Part shown: positions 23,278 through 35,779 of the stretch, piece after piece
How positions within the stretch are numbered: position 1 is the stretch's first letter
How the letters are laid out: every line of letters begins with the position of its first letter
Origin: Oopsacas minuta
Lineage: Eukaryota > Animalia > Porifera
Direction of reading: 5' to 3'
Assembly: GCA_024704765.1 (NCBI GenBank)
Contig: JAKMXF010000036.1
Location: forward strand, 1 to 63,722
DNA: 63,722 nt
Notes under the pieces: model-generated
What the model saw: the letters and a program-made list of their open reading frames with translations, nothing else
Told to the model about the DNA's origin: nothing
Databases searched by the model: none
Program-made: the position numbers and the translations under genes

Positions 23278-25773
23278 TATTTGTAAAAATTATTATATAA
23301 TCTACAATTTATCACAGAATACTTTCGTATAAAAATCGGGCAATAATTAGTAAAGAATCTACCCTAGATGAACTGCCACAAACAGTGAAACGTGATAGTA
23401 TTGTTCGGCGCCCCTAGTACTGTCACGCCAAAACTGGTCCAGGACAAATCTCAAGGATAGCTTTGTACTAAAGTTGACAAATATGTCGCTTTCTCCTTGG
23501 AAAAAAACACTGGTAAAATTCCTACTTCAGAAGATCTGTCCTGTTACTCCTGTACTAATCCTTTTAGGGTAAAGGAATTACAATTATGAAATGTAAATGT
23601 AAATATTTAAAAATTAGGTGTATAAATAATAAATATATTTATAAACTTCATCAATCCATCTCTCGTGGCTGCAAAGCTATCAGTGAGGCAGTCCGTTCGA
23701 GCCCGATCAAAGCGCATGAATGGAGACTCAGTTATGATTGAATACCCGAACTATACTATGAGAAAATAAAGGATACTGCATATCGAATGTGTAGTTTCCG
23801 AAAATATAGTCGAAAGCCACAAGGTGGATCAAGAAGCAAAAAATGAATGAAATCAGCTATGAGCTATCTTCTACACCTAATTCAATCTCGTACAGACATA
23901 TCACTTCTGTTCATGAATGAAATATGTTCGCATTAAAGAAAGGAATTACAATTATCAGTGTCTACTATTGCACGATGTCTAGAAGATTGGCTTATTACTT
24001 AAAAAGACAGTTGAATTGAAACCACAAAACAGAAATTTAGAAGAGAATTAAGTGGCAAGACATCAACACCTGCATTATGGCTACAGTAAATAGATGAAAT
24101 GGGAGCAAATGCTTGGCTATATTGATGAGTGTGGCTTTGGTTTAGGGCTGACTGAATGGTAGAAAGTGTTGGAAAACTACTTGATTGAATGGTGGGAAAT
24201 AGGGCGTCCCCCTCCCCAACTTTTCGATGTGGATCCAGCTCCCTGGAACGCAGAACATGGATTACATTTAATAAGGTGACATTTGGCAAGAATATCACGT
24301 TATCCTTCTTTTACACAAATATTTTATTTTCCATTTGCATTTTTCACGAAACATAATTTAATCAAATTAGCGAGGTTGTCTTACATTTGGAATTGTAAAA
24401 AACAGCTGTAAATCCATAGTCATACATGGCACAACTTCAACATGGTTATTTAGGATTGCCTAAAGAAATTGAACTATCGAAGTGACCTCAGGATTGTAAG
24501 TTTGTGTCGATATTACTAATATTCACGTGATTAGAGAGCAAGGGAGTCTAATAAACCTGAACATACAGATATCAACATTACTTTTACATATACTAATAGT
24601 GCATGTACTGAGTAGTAATACTTATATATGAAGCTGAAACATGATAAATCATCAAAGTAGCGGCTGCACAGCATTGTAAGAATAACTTGATAAAATTGAT
24701 AAGACATTCTGGATAAAGATTCCAATCCTACTCTTATACGTTTATCAATCAAGTGATTTGTCAGCTCAATTAGTTTTAGGAATTTCTATTAGTGCCTGAT
24801 AGACTCATAATTATGATTTTAATAGAGGTTATACATAATACTTTCCTGGACTCTAGAAAAATTACTTTGTAATTTTACAAACAATAAATGCGAACAGCTC
24901 AGCAGGCCCTGATAATATAGGCAGCTATGAAGCTGAAAACAGAATTTATGGTTAAACTGATGGCTGGATAACGGAGCACTCGAATTTCTTAACGACGTTC
25001 GAGTAAACTGATAATAGGAGAAGACGAATTAGTTTAGGACATATTCCAACTACATTATGATTGAGTGCAGGATATTTTCCGATATTTATGTAGGACTGAA
25101 GTGGGACATATTCCGCGTTCCAGTAAAAAAAGGGCTAAATCCCTGCTTGTTGAGTGTCATGGACTCATGGTCTATTGAAATTGTCAAAATCAGAATTATA
25201 TATACATAGCGTAGCTAAGTCACAAAGCTCAGACATACTCACGTACATACTAGTTGGCTTACAATACAAAGCTCGATTTTTAATCCTTGTATATCAAAAT
25301 CAGTTAAAAATTGTCTTTACTTGTAATATAATTTGAATACTCAAACAAAAAAACTTTCGAGATTTTAACCCCTGAATCCCCTAATAGATAACATCCTCCC
25401 ATAAGACTCAATGTCACACTAAACACAACCATACGTAAGATGGAGCAAAGATTCCCCCGCCCTTGCTACACTGTATAAGTACAATCGCCTATTATCTACC
25501 AAGTCGGTGGTCCCAATATAATCATTCCCATCAGATTTGGGACCCATGGGGTGTGACAATAAGTGACCTTGACTGTATAAAACAATTAAATAAATCAAAC
25601 ATATTCTAGGATAATATCAAATTAAATGATATTGAATAGTAATATACTCTCATTAAAGATTATTCAATTTAAGAGAGGTATTTAGTTCTGAAGTCTTTCA
25701 ATTATTATCACAATTCCATCAACTTCATGAGAGAAGGTGATTAGATGAATTCCTTTGTTAAAAGTATCCCAAA

Positions 25774-26505
25774 TCAGTATTTATGGGTCTTAGGGTACTC
25801 GAATGCAGTCATTGGCTTTCCGCCAATGTTACAGGTGCCTACTCCAACTTTTCCCTCAATTGCATCTGGTACAGAAAAAATGCTGGACTTTTGCTTCGCA
25901 CTAATCATTTTGTTTTTTGATGTTTTCGACCTAAAATCTTGCCATTTTCTGATCTCCTTCGCACTTGCTTCGTCTCTCTCTTTAAATTTCTGTTCCTTTT
26001 TTAATGCTTTATTCTTTTTATACTCCTTCTCATCGGGTCTTTTTCGTTTCCTATCATTGTTCATAGCAGATTTTTCGAATCGCTTTTTGAAGCTACCGGG
26101 CGGATTATGATTTGGACGTAATTGCGCTATGTCTACTCTCTCAGTTACATTGTAATATTCAAATTTGACAGTACATTTCCCGTCACCACTAGTCAAGTCT
26201 ACAATAACACCAGGGTAGTACTTCCCATCTTGTGGCCAAATAGCTAAACAACGGTCACCTTTAGTTAATGGCGCTTTGGCGCCTGACGTTTGTTTATCAG
26301 ATTCACTACTCTGTACATTTCCCTCAGACCCTTGCCCACCCAGGATTTGTGTAATACCAATCAGCTGTTCTAAATCTGATTTCAATTTAATTAGCTCCTC
26401 ATTATCTGGGGCTTGTGATAAAGCTGAATCTACCTGTTGTAATTGAGTTGTATATTCTTCTAGACTAGCTTCAAATTCTCTGATCTGGAAGGAGTTACTA
26501 GCCAT
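25774..26505 (-). CDS. SMNDC1: Survival of motor neuron-related splicing factor 30 (SPF30)
   Basis: 243 aa intronless ORF: N-terminal LEEYTTQLQQVDSAL...DNEELIKLKSDL, Tudor domain (GDRCLAIWPQDGKYY), C-terminal SIFSVPDAIEGKVGVGTCNIGGKPMT. Confidence 0.95.
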   Translation of the reverse strand: MASNSFQIREFEASLEEYTTQLQQVDSALSQAPDNEELIKLKSDLEQLIGITQILGGQGSEGNVQSSESDKQTSGAKAPLTKGDRCLAIWPQDGKYYPGVIVDLTSGDGKCTVKFEYYNVTERVDIAQLRPNHNPPGSFKKRFEKSAMNNDRKRKRPDEKEYKKNKALKKEQKFKERDEASAKEIRKWQDFRSKTSKNKMISAKQKSSIFSVPDAIEGKVGVGTCNIGGKPMTAFEYPKTHKY

Positions 26506-28190
26506 ATTAGAAAAGTAGCTAGCATTTTTGGATCATAAATTGGAATTACGAAGTATGAATTTACTTCAAAGAATCCGAAATATCGTTACGACATGTACAT
26601 GAACAAAATGCTACTGCTACATATTTAATTTGATGAGATTCCTTATGTATAGCTGAGCTATTGTGTTAGTACAGTTTTTTGCAATACGAAAAGCTCATAC
26701 CCTCATTCGAAAGGTTATTAATCCGAAAAAATGACCTTTCCTCGGAGATAGAAAAGCTAATACACAAAAACTGCACTATAATTATTTGTAATTTTTGTAA
26801 TTTTCGATTAGCTGCTTTGATAGACTTCATAATCATGAAATGGTTACCTAATTAATATACAGCAGCTCAATAGTACTAATTAGTATATGTGTTCCGTCCG
26901 ATGCCCAACCTCCATTCCGTTAACTAACTAGACCTCCCAATGCTTAACCGTACAGTTGAAACATTAAACCATACGTTATGTACAAGATCTTATTTTCAAA
27001 CATGGTCGGCGCATCATTTCAAAAAGTGGTAACGTATATTTTAACTGCCTTATGTAGCCGATCACGCTCCTGCTATTTCAATGGTTCCACTACCCCCTTC
27101 CTGAACTCCTCAAAAAAGGATCCCGATTCGGATAGTACAATCTTTGAATAAAAGTTTTAGTCACACCAACATAAGAAGGATACATAACTATGCTTTCTGT
27201 AGACAATTGAGCATCCATATTTAAATTCTAACAACAGATTAATTAACCTTCCTGGCTAGTTACTTAACGGGACGGCTGGATGCTTAACCAGATAGGTTGC
27301 ACATTGGAGTGTCTCTCCGGCTAATAATTCCATCAGCAAAAATAAGTTACAACAATTATTCTGAAAATGTAAGTACTAGAATTTACTAAATTGAATTAAT
27401 ACGTTCTCAAATCTTGGATTAAATAAACTTAGACGATATTGAGTATAATTGTTTCGTTATTGGAATATACGAGAGAGTGACACAGACATTTGGTGTATTG
27501 TGGAGTTTACTAGTATTTTGTTGGTAAGACTAGACTGAGCACAGCTTCACAGGTTAATGCAAACAGGATTGCAAAATATTTCACTACTGTCCTAAACGAA
27601 TTTCCACATGGTTAACAGCTGATATAATAATGAATCTAATACAGATAGATCAAACTAAATGAATGTGATATTATTTGTCTACTCAAGGATATTCATTATA
27701 TAACATCCTAATAATATTTCTCAAAATAATCCTAAAACATACCACAACAAATCAAATAAATCTCCTTGGAGAACCTGGCTGAGGGACAACCATGGGGCAG
27801 TGTTCGCACTAATCCCTCAGACATCTCTCCAAAGAACTAAAACAACCAGTTATTAGACACTGGTGCAGTGTTACCTATAACTTTCGGGGGGGGAAGCACA
27901 TCTGACGATGGGTGTCGTCAAAATTCCACGTGGTACTGGTAAAATGTGATAAATTCGGGCAAATATCCTGGGGGGCATTTGTAAGTGAAGTGGTAATTTA
28001 TAGCACATGAATATATGTATACATGTTGTCTACTTCAGGTTGCGAAACGATACCACGCATGGTGTATTACTATGTACAGTCTGTCCAATAATTATTTAGA
28101 ATTTTTAAAATTATAATTCCTGGCGAACTAGCACAGCGATAGAACTAATCTTGGTAAATATATCATGTAGAATATTGCGAGATTAATATT

Positions 28191-29150
28191 TTATTTTGCG
28201 CCGTCATTATCTATCACTAATTGACACCTCTTTGGCATTGATCTCCAATAATTTTCTAGAAAATTTCCATTGATATTTTCCCACAAGTCGGTAAACTCCT
28301 TCTTCAGCTGTGTAATATTCTTTGGACCCTTTTTTAACAGCTTTTGTTTGACCCAAACAAACAAGTTTTCTATGGGGTTAATGTCTGGACTCTGACTAGG
28401 CCAATTGATCTTCTTATTGGGCATGTTTTTCTCCATCCAAGCCTTGGTCATTTTTGCGGTATGCTTGGGATCATTGTCCTGAACTAAGAACCAATCATCT
28501 TGGTGGAATACATGAGCTTGGGCATGCAAATGAACTTCCAATATCTTTACAAACAATTCTGCATTCAGCATATGTGTCAAGATACACAATGGAAACGTCC
28601 CATAGAGGAGAAAGCTGCCCATATGTGAATTTTTGAGTATATTTGACTGTGAGTTGAGCCCTCACCATGCTTCTTTTGGTCCACATCCGAATTTGCCCTC
28701 GACACAACCAAATTGAGGCCTCGTCAGCGAAAATAGCATGCTACCATTGGTTATCAATGTTATTCCTTGCCCATTGAATTCTATAGAGCCGATTCTTTTC
28801 TGATAACAGGGGAGCAGGAGTCGGATAAGGCTTGGAATAATCAAGTTTTTTCAAGCAACGACTCGTGGTATCTCTTCCTACTTGAACTGGACACTTAGCT
28901 GTTAAATTGCGAATTAAAATCGCAGGATTTATGTTAATGGTCCTAGCAACCTATTTCTTTATTTTTGGGACAAGTGTCCCAGGTCTACCTGGTCCACTCT
29001 TGTGAACAAGAGAGGTTTCAGTCTTTAGACGAGAAATGAAGTTGTAAACGGTTGCAACAGACACACCCAAGATAGAGCTGATTCTTCCGGAGAGTCTTTC
29101 TTTCCTACTAAGAGTATTTGAATTTGTTTCCTCTTTGATTCTTGAGACAT
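28191..29150 (-). pseudogene. Degenerate Tc1-like transposase (DD35E spacing)
   Basis: ATG at 29150 with HTH region and GRP motif; stops and frameshifts follow. Catalytic part QDNDPKH...WPSQSPDINPIEN has 35 residues between D and E. A TACAGT end lies at 28075, but no matching opposite TIR was found. Confidence 0.85.
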
Positions 29151-29472
29151 TTGGGCGATAAATAGCTATTTAATGTATGAATAATCTCAATGAAATCAAA
29201 TTCTAAAAAGGCTCAGTACTGAGTACATTCTGAATGTGGTTAACGTAGTAAGTTGTTTAATTCCCCGTGTATAGAGACCCCATTTATAGAAGTTGCATTG
29301 TTGCACTGTAGTAGTGAAATATTTTGCCATCTAATTACATGATAATATGTTCTCAGTTGAATCTTGAGCCAACTTAATACTTGTGAATTAACGCAATAGA
29401 ATCTAGATTTAATAACAAGATTCTAAGCTAATAAGTTCGAGTTATTCAGATCTAAAAGATGCCTTGAAGCAT

Positions 29473-29765
29473 GGCTTACTATAATACGGCTATACATGCT
29501 GCCTATCTAGTTTTTGAAGAGTAGAAATTTGTAAAGGCTGATAAACTGAAAAATACGTGTGATAGGCCTTATGAATATATTATCAACATATGAAACGTAG
29601 TATCAAAGTATACATATATGTGGTGAAATATGTGATTAGTCATCATGTGGTCGGGCAAGTTTCAAAAATTGTATTTAGACATTAATAATGTCCGATTGGT
29701 ATATACTATGGCTAATTAATTACAAAAGATGAAAAGCAGCATGTATAGCTGTATTATAGTAGGCC
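29473..29765. mobile_element. Small MITE (Harbinger-like GGC termini)
   Basis: 30-bp inverted arms 29473..29502 and 29736..29765 (28/30 match); no clear TSD. Confidence 0.6.
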
Positions 29766-31205
29766 AGACTTGAAGTAATAATAAATATGGAGATGATAAA
29801 ATCGATAGAAAGATAAAATCATATGGAGTCCAACATGTGAAATATTCCAATAAATCGGGGCTGATGCCATTGAATTACAAACCTTTTAGTGAACATATTG
29901 CAATATATCAATTTATAATTGCAGTATAAGGGTTCAAAGGATGTTATATATATATGGAAACTTTAATTGTATAACAGTATTGCCCACTGGTATGTTTTAC
30001 AGCTGATTGTCTCTTATAATCTAATACATGATAAGTAGCCTCAATTGATAAAATCCATTTATGGATTTAAACAATCTCGTACATACGCTAGCGCTAGCGT
30101 GTCACTGGAACAACGCGAATATAAGATGTATTCACAGGTTCCACCCTCCATCATAACCTGTAAATAATAAAATTTGTGTTCAGCAAATTGTATATAATTT
30201 TTACATAAACTAAATATAGTAAGAATAGTGAACTCTGAGAACATACTTATAGCTTTCGTTATGTTGTAGACCTGTAGTAATCTCTGAAAAAGGATTAATT
30301 TTCAGGATACATTGAATATAATTAAATTAAACACCATACCGCCTATACGTACGGATGCAATCTGTTTGTATTCAAATGTAACCTACAAAAAATGGATCTC
30401 CTTCTTCAAAGTGTTAATGTTAGGACTGCATCTGATGGCATCATTCGCTTGAAGATGGAGACTTTATATTTGACTCAGAAAATATAAATTACGAAATTTC
30501 TGATCAACATGTTGAAACCTAATATCTAGCATGCTTTTGAATTATACATAGAAAGGTGTGAAATATGATTAATCACCAAAAAGGTGTTAAATATTCACTT
30601 TAGAAGAAATTCATACCCGAGGGCAAATCTTTGACCCAAAGTGTATATGTGTGCCAATTTTCATGTTAATCGACTGCTAGATTTCACACGGACGTACGAA
30701 CATCGTACATCTTCCTTGTCATTAGAGCAACTCCCTATAGGGCTGCACTAAAATTAACTTGAAAGACGCTATGGAAACAAGTAAGGGCAAGATTATTCCT
30801 TTCTGATCAAAAATACATAACTAAACGACCTGATAATATGCGAACTCCACCGTACAGTACTTACCAAACTTCTTGGTAGAGGTGGAAAGTTCCGAATTTT
30901 TCGACTACTTCAGGTGTCATGTGACTCATGTCCCGTAGAAATTCATCCCCCAAAATACTTTTCATCTCTGCTATCTACTCTAAAATTTAAGTTTGGATGT
31001 ACATATGCTTGAACCACCGATGATAATTTGAGTCTGGATTGTACTGCTGTTGTTAGCAGAAATTAAAGTTATCTGGCACTATTAAATTAAGATCATATCC
31101 TTCCATAGATGTATATGTATCAATTAGCAGAGGCTCTAGCAAATACTATATAAGACAACATGCATATGATGCATGCATCAGTACACTATATAGCAATCTA
31201 AGCAA

Positions 31206-32225
31206 ATGGAATATAGAAAGATACTTTTTGTAATTATTCTGTTATTTACACATTTTATAGAAACAAATTCTGAAATTGTTAGTAACAAAACATGTACATG
31301 CGATGTTAAATACACACATGTAGGTTATACATCGTATATGCGGTTAATCCCAACTGTCACACGCACATACTACACATATTCGTGTCTGGATTTCAGAGCA
31401 CTTTTCAGATGCACAGCTTATCGTGTTGTAAGAATTGAGAAATACATTAAAGTATACAAGAAAAAGTATTTCCTCGCGGTTAAACAGGTTCCATGTTGTT
31501 GTGAAGGTTATGAAGAAGTTGATTCAGATACATGCAGACCACAATGTACACAAATTTGTCAGAACGAAGGAGTATGTACACAACCAGATACATGTTCGTG
31601 TCCACTTGGATGGACTGGGCATGATTGTAGTACAGATGTTAATGAGTGTAATTCTAACCCTTGTCAACAGAAATGTGAGAATACAGATGGCTCATACAGT
31701 TGTAGTTGTCATCTGGGTTTCTACAAACAACCAGACAACATCAACAACTGTTTTCAACACACAGCTCGTCTACACAATTTCCGTGTGAGAGCAACAAATT
31801 CAGGACATTTGACTGTACATTGGAAGCTAAATGCCTCTTTCCAACACACACAACTTTTACAAACTTTCCAACTCAATTACAGTTATCCATTAAACGAGGA
31901 TATGGAAGTAAGGAGCCTCAATATCTTACCCACACAATCTCAAGTATCTACTTCCATTCTATATCCAGGCATACCCGTACACTTCAAATTCTCTCTCATC
32001 TACAAATCTGATCTACTACAAGAGAATCAGCCTAATCTAGACGGAATAACACAGATACATTTTCGTGTCCCTGATCCAAACATGGAGCGTTGTCTGAATT
32101 ATTACAACTTGGAACAGTTCGTTAAGAACCGAATAAGTGGTAATTCTACCCACACACCGAGTCCGTGCTCTGAAGAAACAGTTTGTATCGATCAATCCAC
32201 AACTCCCTATTACTTTTGTCAATAA
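31206..32225 (+). CDS. Secreted EMI + EGF + cbEGF + FN3-like protein (EGFL7/8-like N-terminus), copy A
   Basis: Signal peptide, EMI-type Cys pattern ending CCCEGY, EGF, DVNEC calcium-binding EGF, FN3-like segment, truncated terminal EGF; 339 aa. Confidence 0.82.
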   Translation: MEYRKILFVIILLFTHFIETNSEIVSNKTCTCDVKYTHVGYTSYMRLIPTVTRTYYTYSCLDFRALFRCTAYRVVRIEKYIKVYKKKYFLAVKQVPCCCEGYEEVDSDTCRPQCTQICQNEGVCTQPDTCSCPLGWTGHDCSTDVNECNSNPCQQKCENTDGSYSCSCHLGFYKQPDNINNCFQHTARLHNFRVRATNSGHLTVHWKLNASFQHTQLLQTFQLNYSYPLNEDMEVRSLNILPTQSQVSTSILYPGIPVHFKFSLIYKSDLLQENQPNLDGITQIHFRVPDPNMERCLNYYNLEQFVKNRISGNSTHTPSPCSEETVCIDQSTTPYYFCQ

Positions 32226-32326
32226 ATCCCATTACTTGATCTCAAAGGCTTTAGTTATACTGAAACTCAATTATGGTTAATCTGTCTGTGTTTTTCTTAT
32301 TTGAATCTAATTTAGTTTTTAGTATT

Positions 32327-32876
32327 ACGAGCCTTTGGCTCGTCGCTTCGCGATGAACTCGGCGCATTGCGCCTCGAGTTATTCAACGGACAAACAAACA
32401 GAGAAACAACAATTGAGATTGAATAATATTAATGTTGTTTACAATATTCAGACTCAGCATACTCGAGTATCTCAGTATAGTCGTTGAAAGTATGATTCTA
32501 CCTCAATTTTGAAATTTGTTTACTTTATGTACCTGAAAGTAGACAAATATTCACAATATGTTGTTTACAATTATCATATTTGGACTCAGCATACACTATT
32601 ACCTCAGTAGAGTCGTTGGAAGTATGATTCTACCTCAATTTTGAAATTGTTTACTTTATATTCAAAAAACAACAATAAATTTACATATGATTAATTCAAA
32701 AGTGTTAAATCGGATTCAACATGTTCGGTATATTTAGTGAAGTTTTATTGAATTCTATTTACTTCCTTGATAAACACGATAAATACATAGTTATATGACA
32801 ATTTCAAAATTGCATACCGTAAATCCTTTCCTTGACAACGGACAAACAAACAACAATTGAGATTTAATAATATAGA
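32327..32876 (-). mobile_element. Non-autonomous Helitron-like repeat, copy 1
   Basis: Minus strand begins A|TCTATATTATTAAATCTC followed by a TTTG microsatellite; the far end has an ACGAGCC-AAA-GGCTCGT hairpin. Shared with 33461.., 38719.. and 62982... The Helitron class is inferred from architecture. Confidence 0.6.
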
Positions 32877-33460
32877 TTTTCGAGAATATCCCTCAACGGC
32901 TACACAAGGGCAACCAGTTACGCTGATTTCACATTTCGATGTTTCTCAATGATGTATATTTTCTAGCGCGCTTGGCTTGATAGGTTGGCGACACAGCTTG
33001 GTGCTTCAATTTAGCTTAAGTATTAAACATCTTTATTTCTTAGTGCTTATTGTCCCTACGCGACGATAAGCAATCAGTCCCGAGGGTCTTCCAGTTTCTT
33101 CACTCAATTCCGAACATACAAACATATATATTAGTCCGCTTCGGTTTCTCGCGCTACACGGTTGCGAATACTTTGTGTCCGCACTCAAGCCTATGACCCT
33201 CAAGTACATAAACTCATACTTAACTGTAGCACACATGATACTGCCATAATATTTAAATCTGCTGTCTTTATGTCCCCCAAAGTGAACAAATATCTATGAA
33301 ATGTTGTTTACAATATCATATTTGGGCTCAGTATATTCGATTACCTCAGTATAATCTTGTTGTTGTGTAATATTCGTTCTGGACATTATGAACGAACCTA
33401 CGTATATGTTTCTATATGAGAGCGTCACAGACAGATAGAAATTGAGATTTAATAATATAG

Positions 33461-33735
33461 ATTATTAAATCTCAGTTGTTGTCTTTTTGTTTGTCCGTTG
33501 TCAAGGAAAGGATTTACGGTATGCCATTTTGAAATTGTTGCATAACTATGTATTTATCTTGTTTATCAAGGAAGTAAATAGAATTCAATAAAACTTCACT
33601 AAATATACCGAACAGGCTGAATCCGATTTTCACACTTTGGATTAATTATAGGTAAATTTATTGTTGTTTTTATGTATATAAAGTAAACGAATTTCAAATT
33701 GTGTTAGAATCACACTTTCAACGGATATACTGAGT
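33461..33735 (+). mobile_element. Helitron-like repeat, partial copy 2
   Basis: Reverse complement of ~32600..32870 (ttgtccgttgtcaaggaaaggatttacggtatg...). Confidence 0.65.
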
Positions 33736-34768
33736 TCATTGTCACATGACCAGATATATCTTATTTCTCTATTACTAATCCTGATTTATCTAGGGTCCAG
33801 TAGAGATTTGGTTGTAGTATGGGTATAGTTCCGCTTCAAGAGGTCATAGAATGCGTTACGATATATACTTAGAAAGTAAGAAAATATAGTTTAAATAATT
33901 ATGCATGTGTTTATTACTGCAACCCATGCAAAACGTTTGGATATCCAACAGCGTGGTCATTATTGAGGGAATTATACACGGTGGAGTAGCCATTGGAACC
34001 TGAGGCGAGTGAGCAATGTTAATAATCTTAGTTTAGTAACTGGTAATCGCATCGGTGTTGTATTGTTATGGTTGTAGATAATATTCAAATTCCTAGTTTT
34101 ACAACAAACCATTTTACAATGATTCTGAATAAATATACAATCGTTAAATTGGGATAGAAATCCCGATTAACCGATTCAATGTCCTAATTATCCGACGATT
34201 TTCTATGTAAAAAATCTGTTCCCAAACCATTGTCCCGTTTAAGCGGATATCCCAACTATCCGAGTCCCGATTAAGCGGCTTCCACTGTATGTACTATGAA
34301 GGAAATGGTTGCGAAATACAGTTAACATCCTATTACTCAAACCCTCAGGGGAAATCAAAATAAGTAATTTAACTTTTCATGTCCTATCCCACTTAGTTTT
34401 AAATAACTGTGAATATACTAGTGTTATTGCATTGGATCAATTTTGTAATAAATAATTAAAATTGTTTAAATTCCTGCCAAGGCAGTCTATTATCTATATT
34501 GGGAATAACAGAAGATCGAAGTGCATGTATTGTTTCTCCTCCACTAAGTAAATGAGGCTAACATCTGATATACCTTTTTATGCTTGACCTTCCTCTCTAC
34601 ATTAATCAGAAGATATTATTGATTTCATTAATTTGCTATTGCTATGGAATTCTTAACTCATCTTATTAGCTCAATATTATATTTAATTGAACAGTGGTTG
34701 AAACTGAATATTATTAATATCTTAATAGTTTAAAGTTAATTTACTTTGCACAGTGATATAGAATGGAT

Positions 34769-35779
34769 TTATTGACAAAAGTAATATGGAGTTGTGGATT
34801 GATCGATACAAACTGTTTCTTCAGAGCACGGACTCGGTGTGTAGGTAGAATTACCACTTATTCGGTTCTTAACGAACTGTTCCAAGTTGTAATAATTCAG
34901 ACAACGCTCCATGTTTGGATCAGGGACACGAAAATGTATCTGTGTTATTCCGTCTAGATTAGGCTGATTCTCTTGTAGTAGATCAGATTTGTAGATGAGA
35001 GAGAATTTGAAGTGTACGGGTATGCCTGGATATAGAATGGAAGTAGATACTTGAGATTGTGTGGGTAAGATATTGAGGCTCCTTACTTCCATATCCTCGT
35101 TTAATGGATAACTGTAATTGAGTTGGAAAGTTTGTAAAAGTTGTGTGTGTTGGAAAGAGGCATTTAGCTTCCAATGTACAGTCAAATGTCCTGAATCTGT
35201 TGCTCTCACACGGAAATTGTGTAGACGAGCTGTGTGTTGAAAACAGTTGTTGATGTTGTCTGGTTGTTTGTAGAAACCCAGATGACAACTACAACTGTAT
35301 GAGCCATCTGTATTCTCACATTTCTGTTGACAAGGGTTAGAATTACACTCATTAACATCTGTACTACAATCATGCCCAGTCCATCCAAGTGGACACGAAC
35401 ATGTATCTGGTTGTGTACATACTCCTTCGTTCTGACAAATTTGTGTACATTGTGGTCTGCATGTATCTGAATCAACTTCTCCATAACCTTCACAACAACA
35501 TGGCACTTGCACACTCTCTGTATAATACATTGGTTTATACACTAATACATATTTATGAATCCTCACAACACGATACGCAGTACATCTGAATAGTGTTCTA
35601 AAATCCCAACAAGAATATGTGTAATAATCAAATGTAATGGTTGGAAGGGATCGTAGAAATGTTCTGATACCAGACCGGGAGTATTTTTGAGTACACATGC
35701 ATGATTTATTTGAATGGATTGCTAGTAACGAAGATATTAACAATAATAGAATTGAGATGAGAAGATTATATTTTATCAT
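34769..35779 (-). CDS. Secreted EMI + EGF + cbEGF + FN3-like protein, copy B (inverted paralogue)
   Basis: True ATG at 35779 (MIKYNLL..., 336 aa). 34766..35503 is a near-perfect reverse complement of 31491..32228; the N-terminal EMI region is diverged. Confidence 0.82.
   Translation of the reverse strand: MIKYNLLISILLLLISSLLAIHSNKSCMCTQKYSRSGIRTFLRSLPTITFDYYTYSCWDFRTLFRCTAYRVVRIHKYVLVYKPMYYTESVQVPCCCEGYGEVDSDTCRPQCTQICQNEGVCTQPDTCSCPLGWTGHDCSTDVNECNSNPCQQKCENTDGSYSCSCHLGFYKQPDNINNCFQHTARLHNFRVRATDSGHLTVHWKLNASFQHTQLLQTFQLNYSYPLNEDMEVRSLNILPTQSQVSTSILYPGIPVHFKFSLIYKSDLLQENQPNLDGITQIHFRVPDPNMERCLNYYNLEQFVKNRISGNSTYTPSPCSEETVCIDQSTTPYYFCQ

Noticed and set aside
24830-25140. Possible tyrosine-recombinase remnant (LKWDIFRVP-like string)
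   Set aside because: Too short and interrupted; no R-H-R-Y catalytic pattern could be reconstructed.
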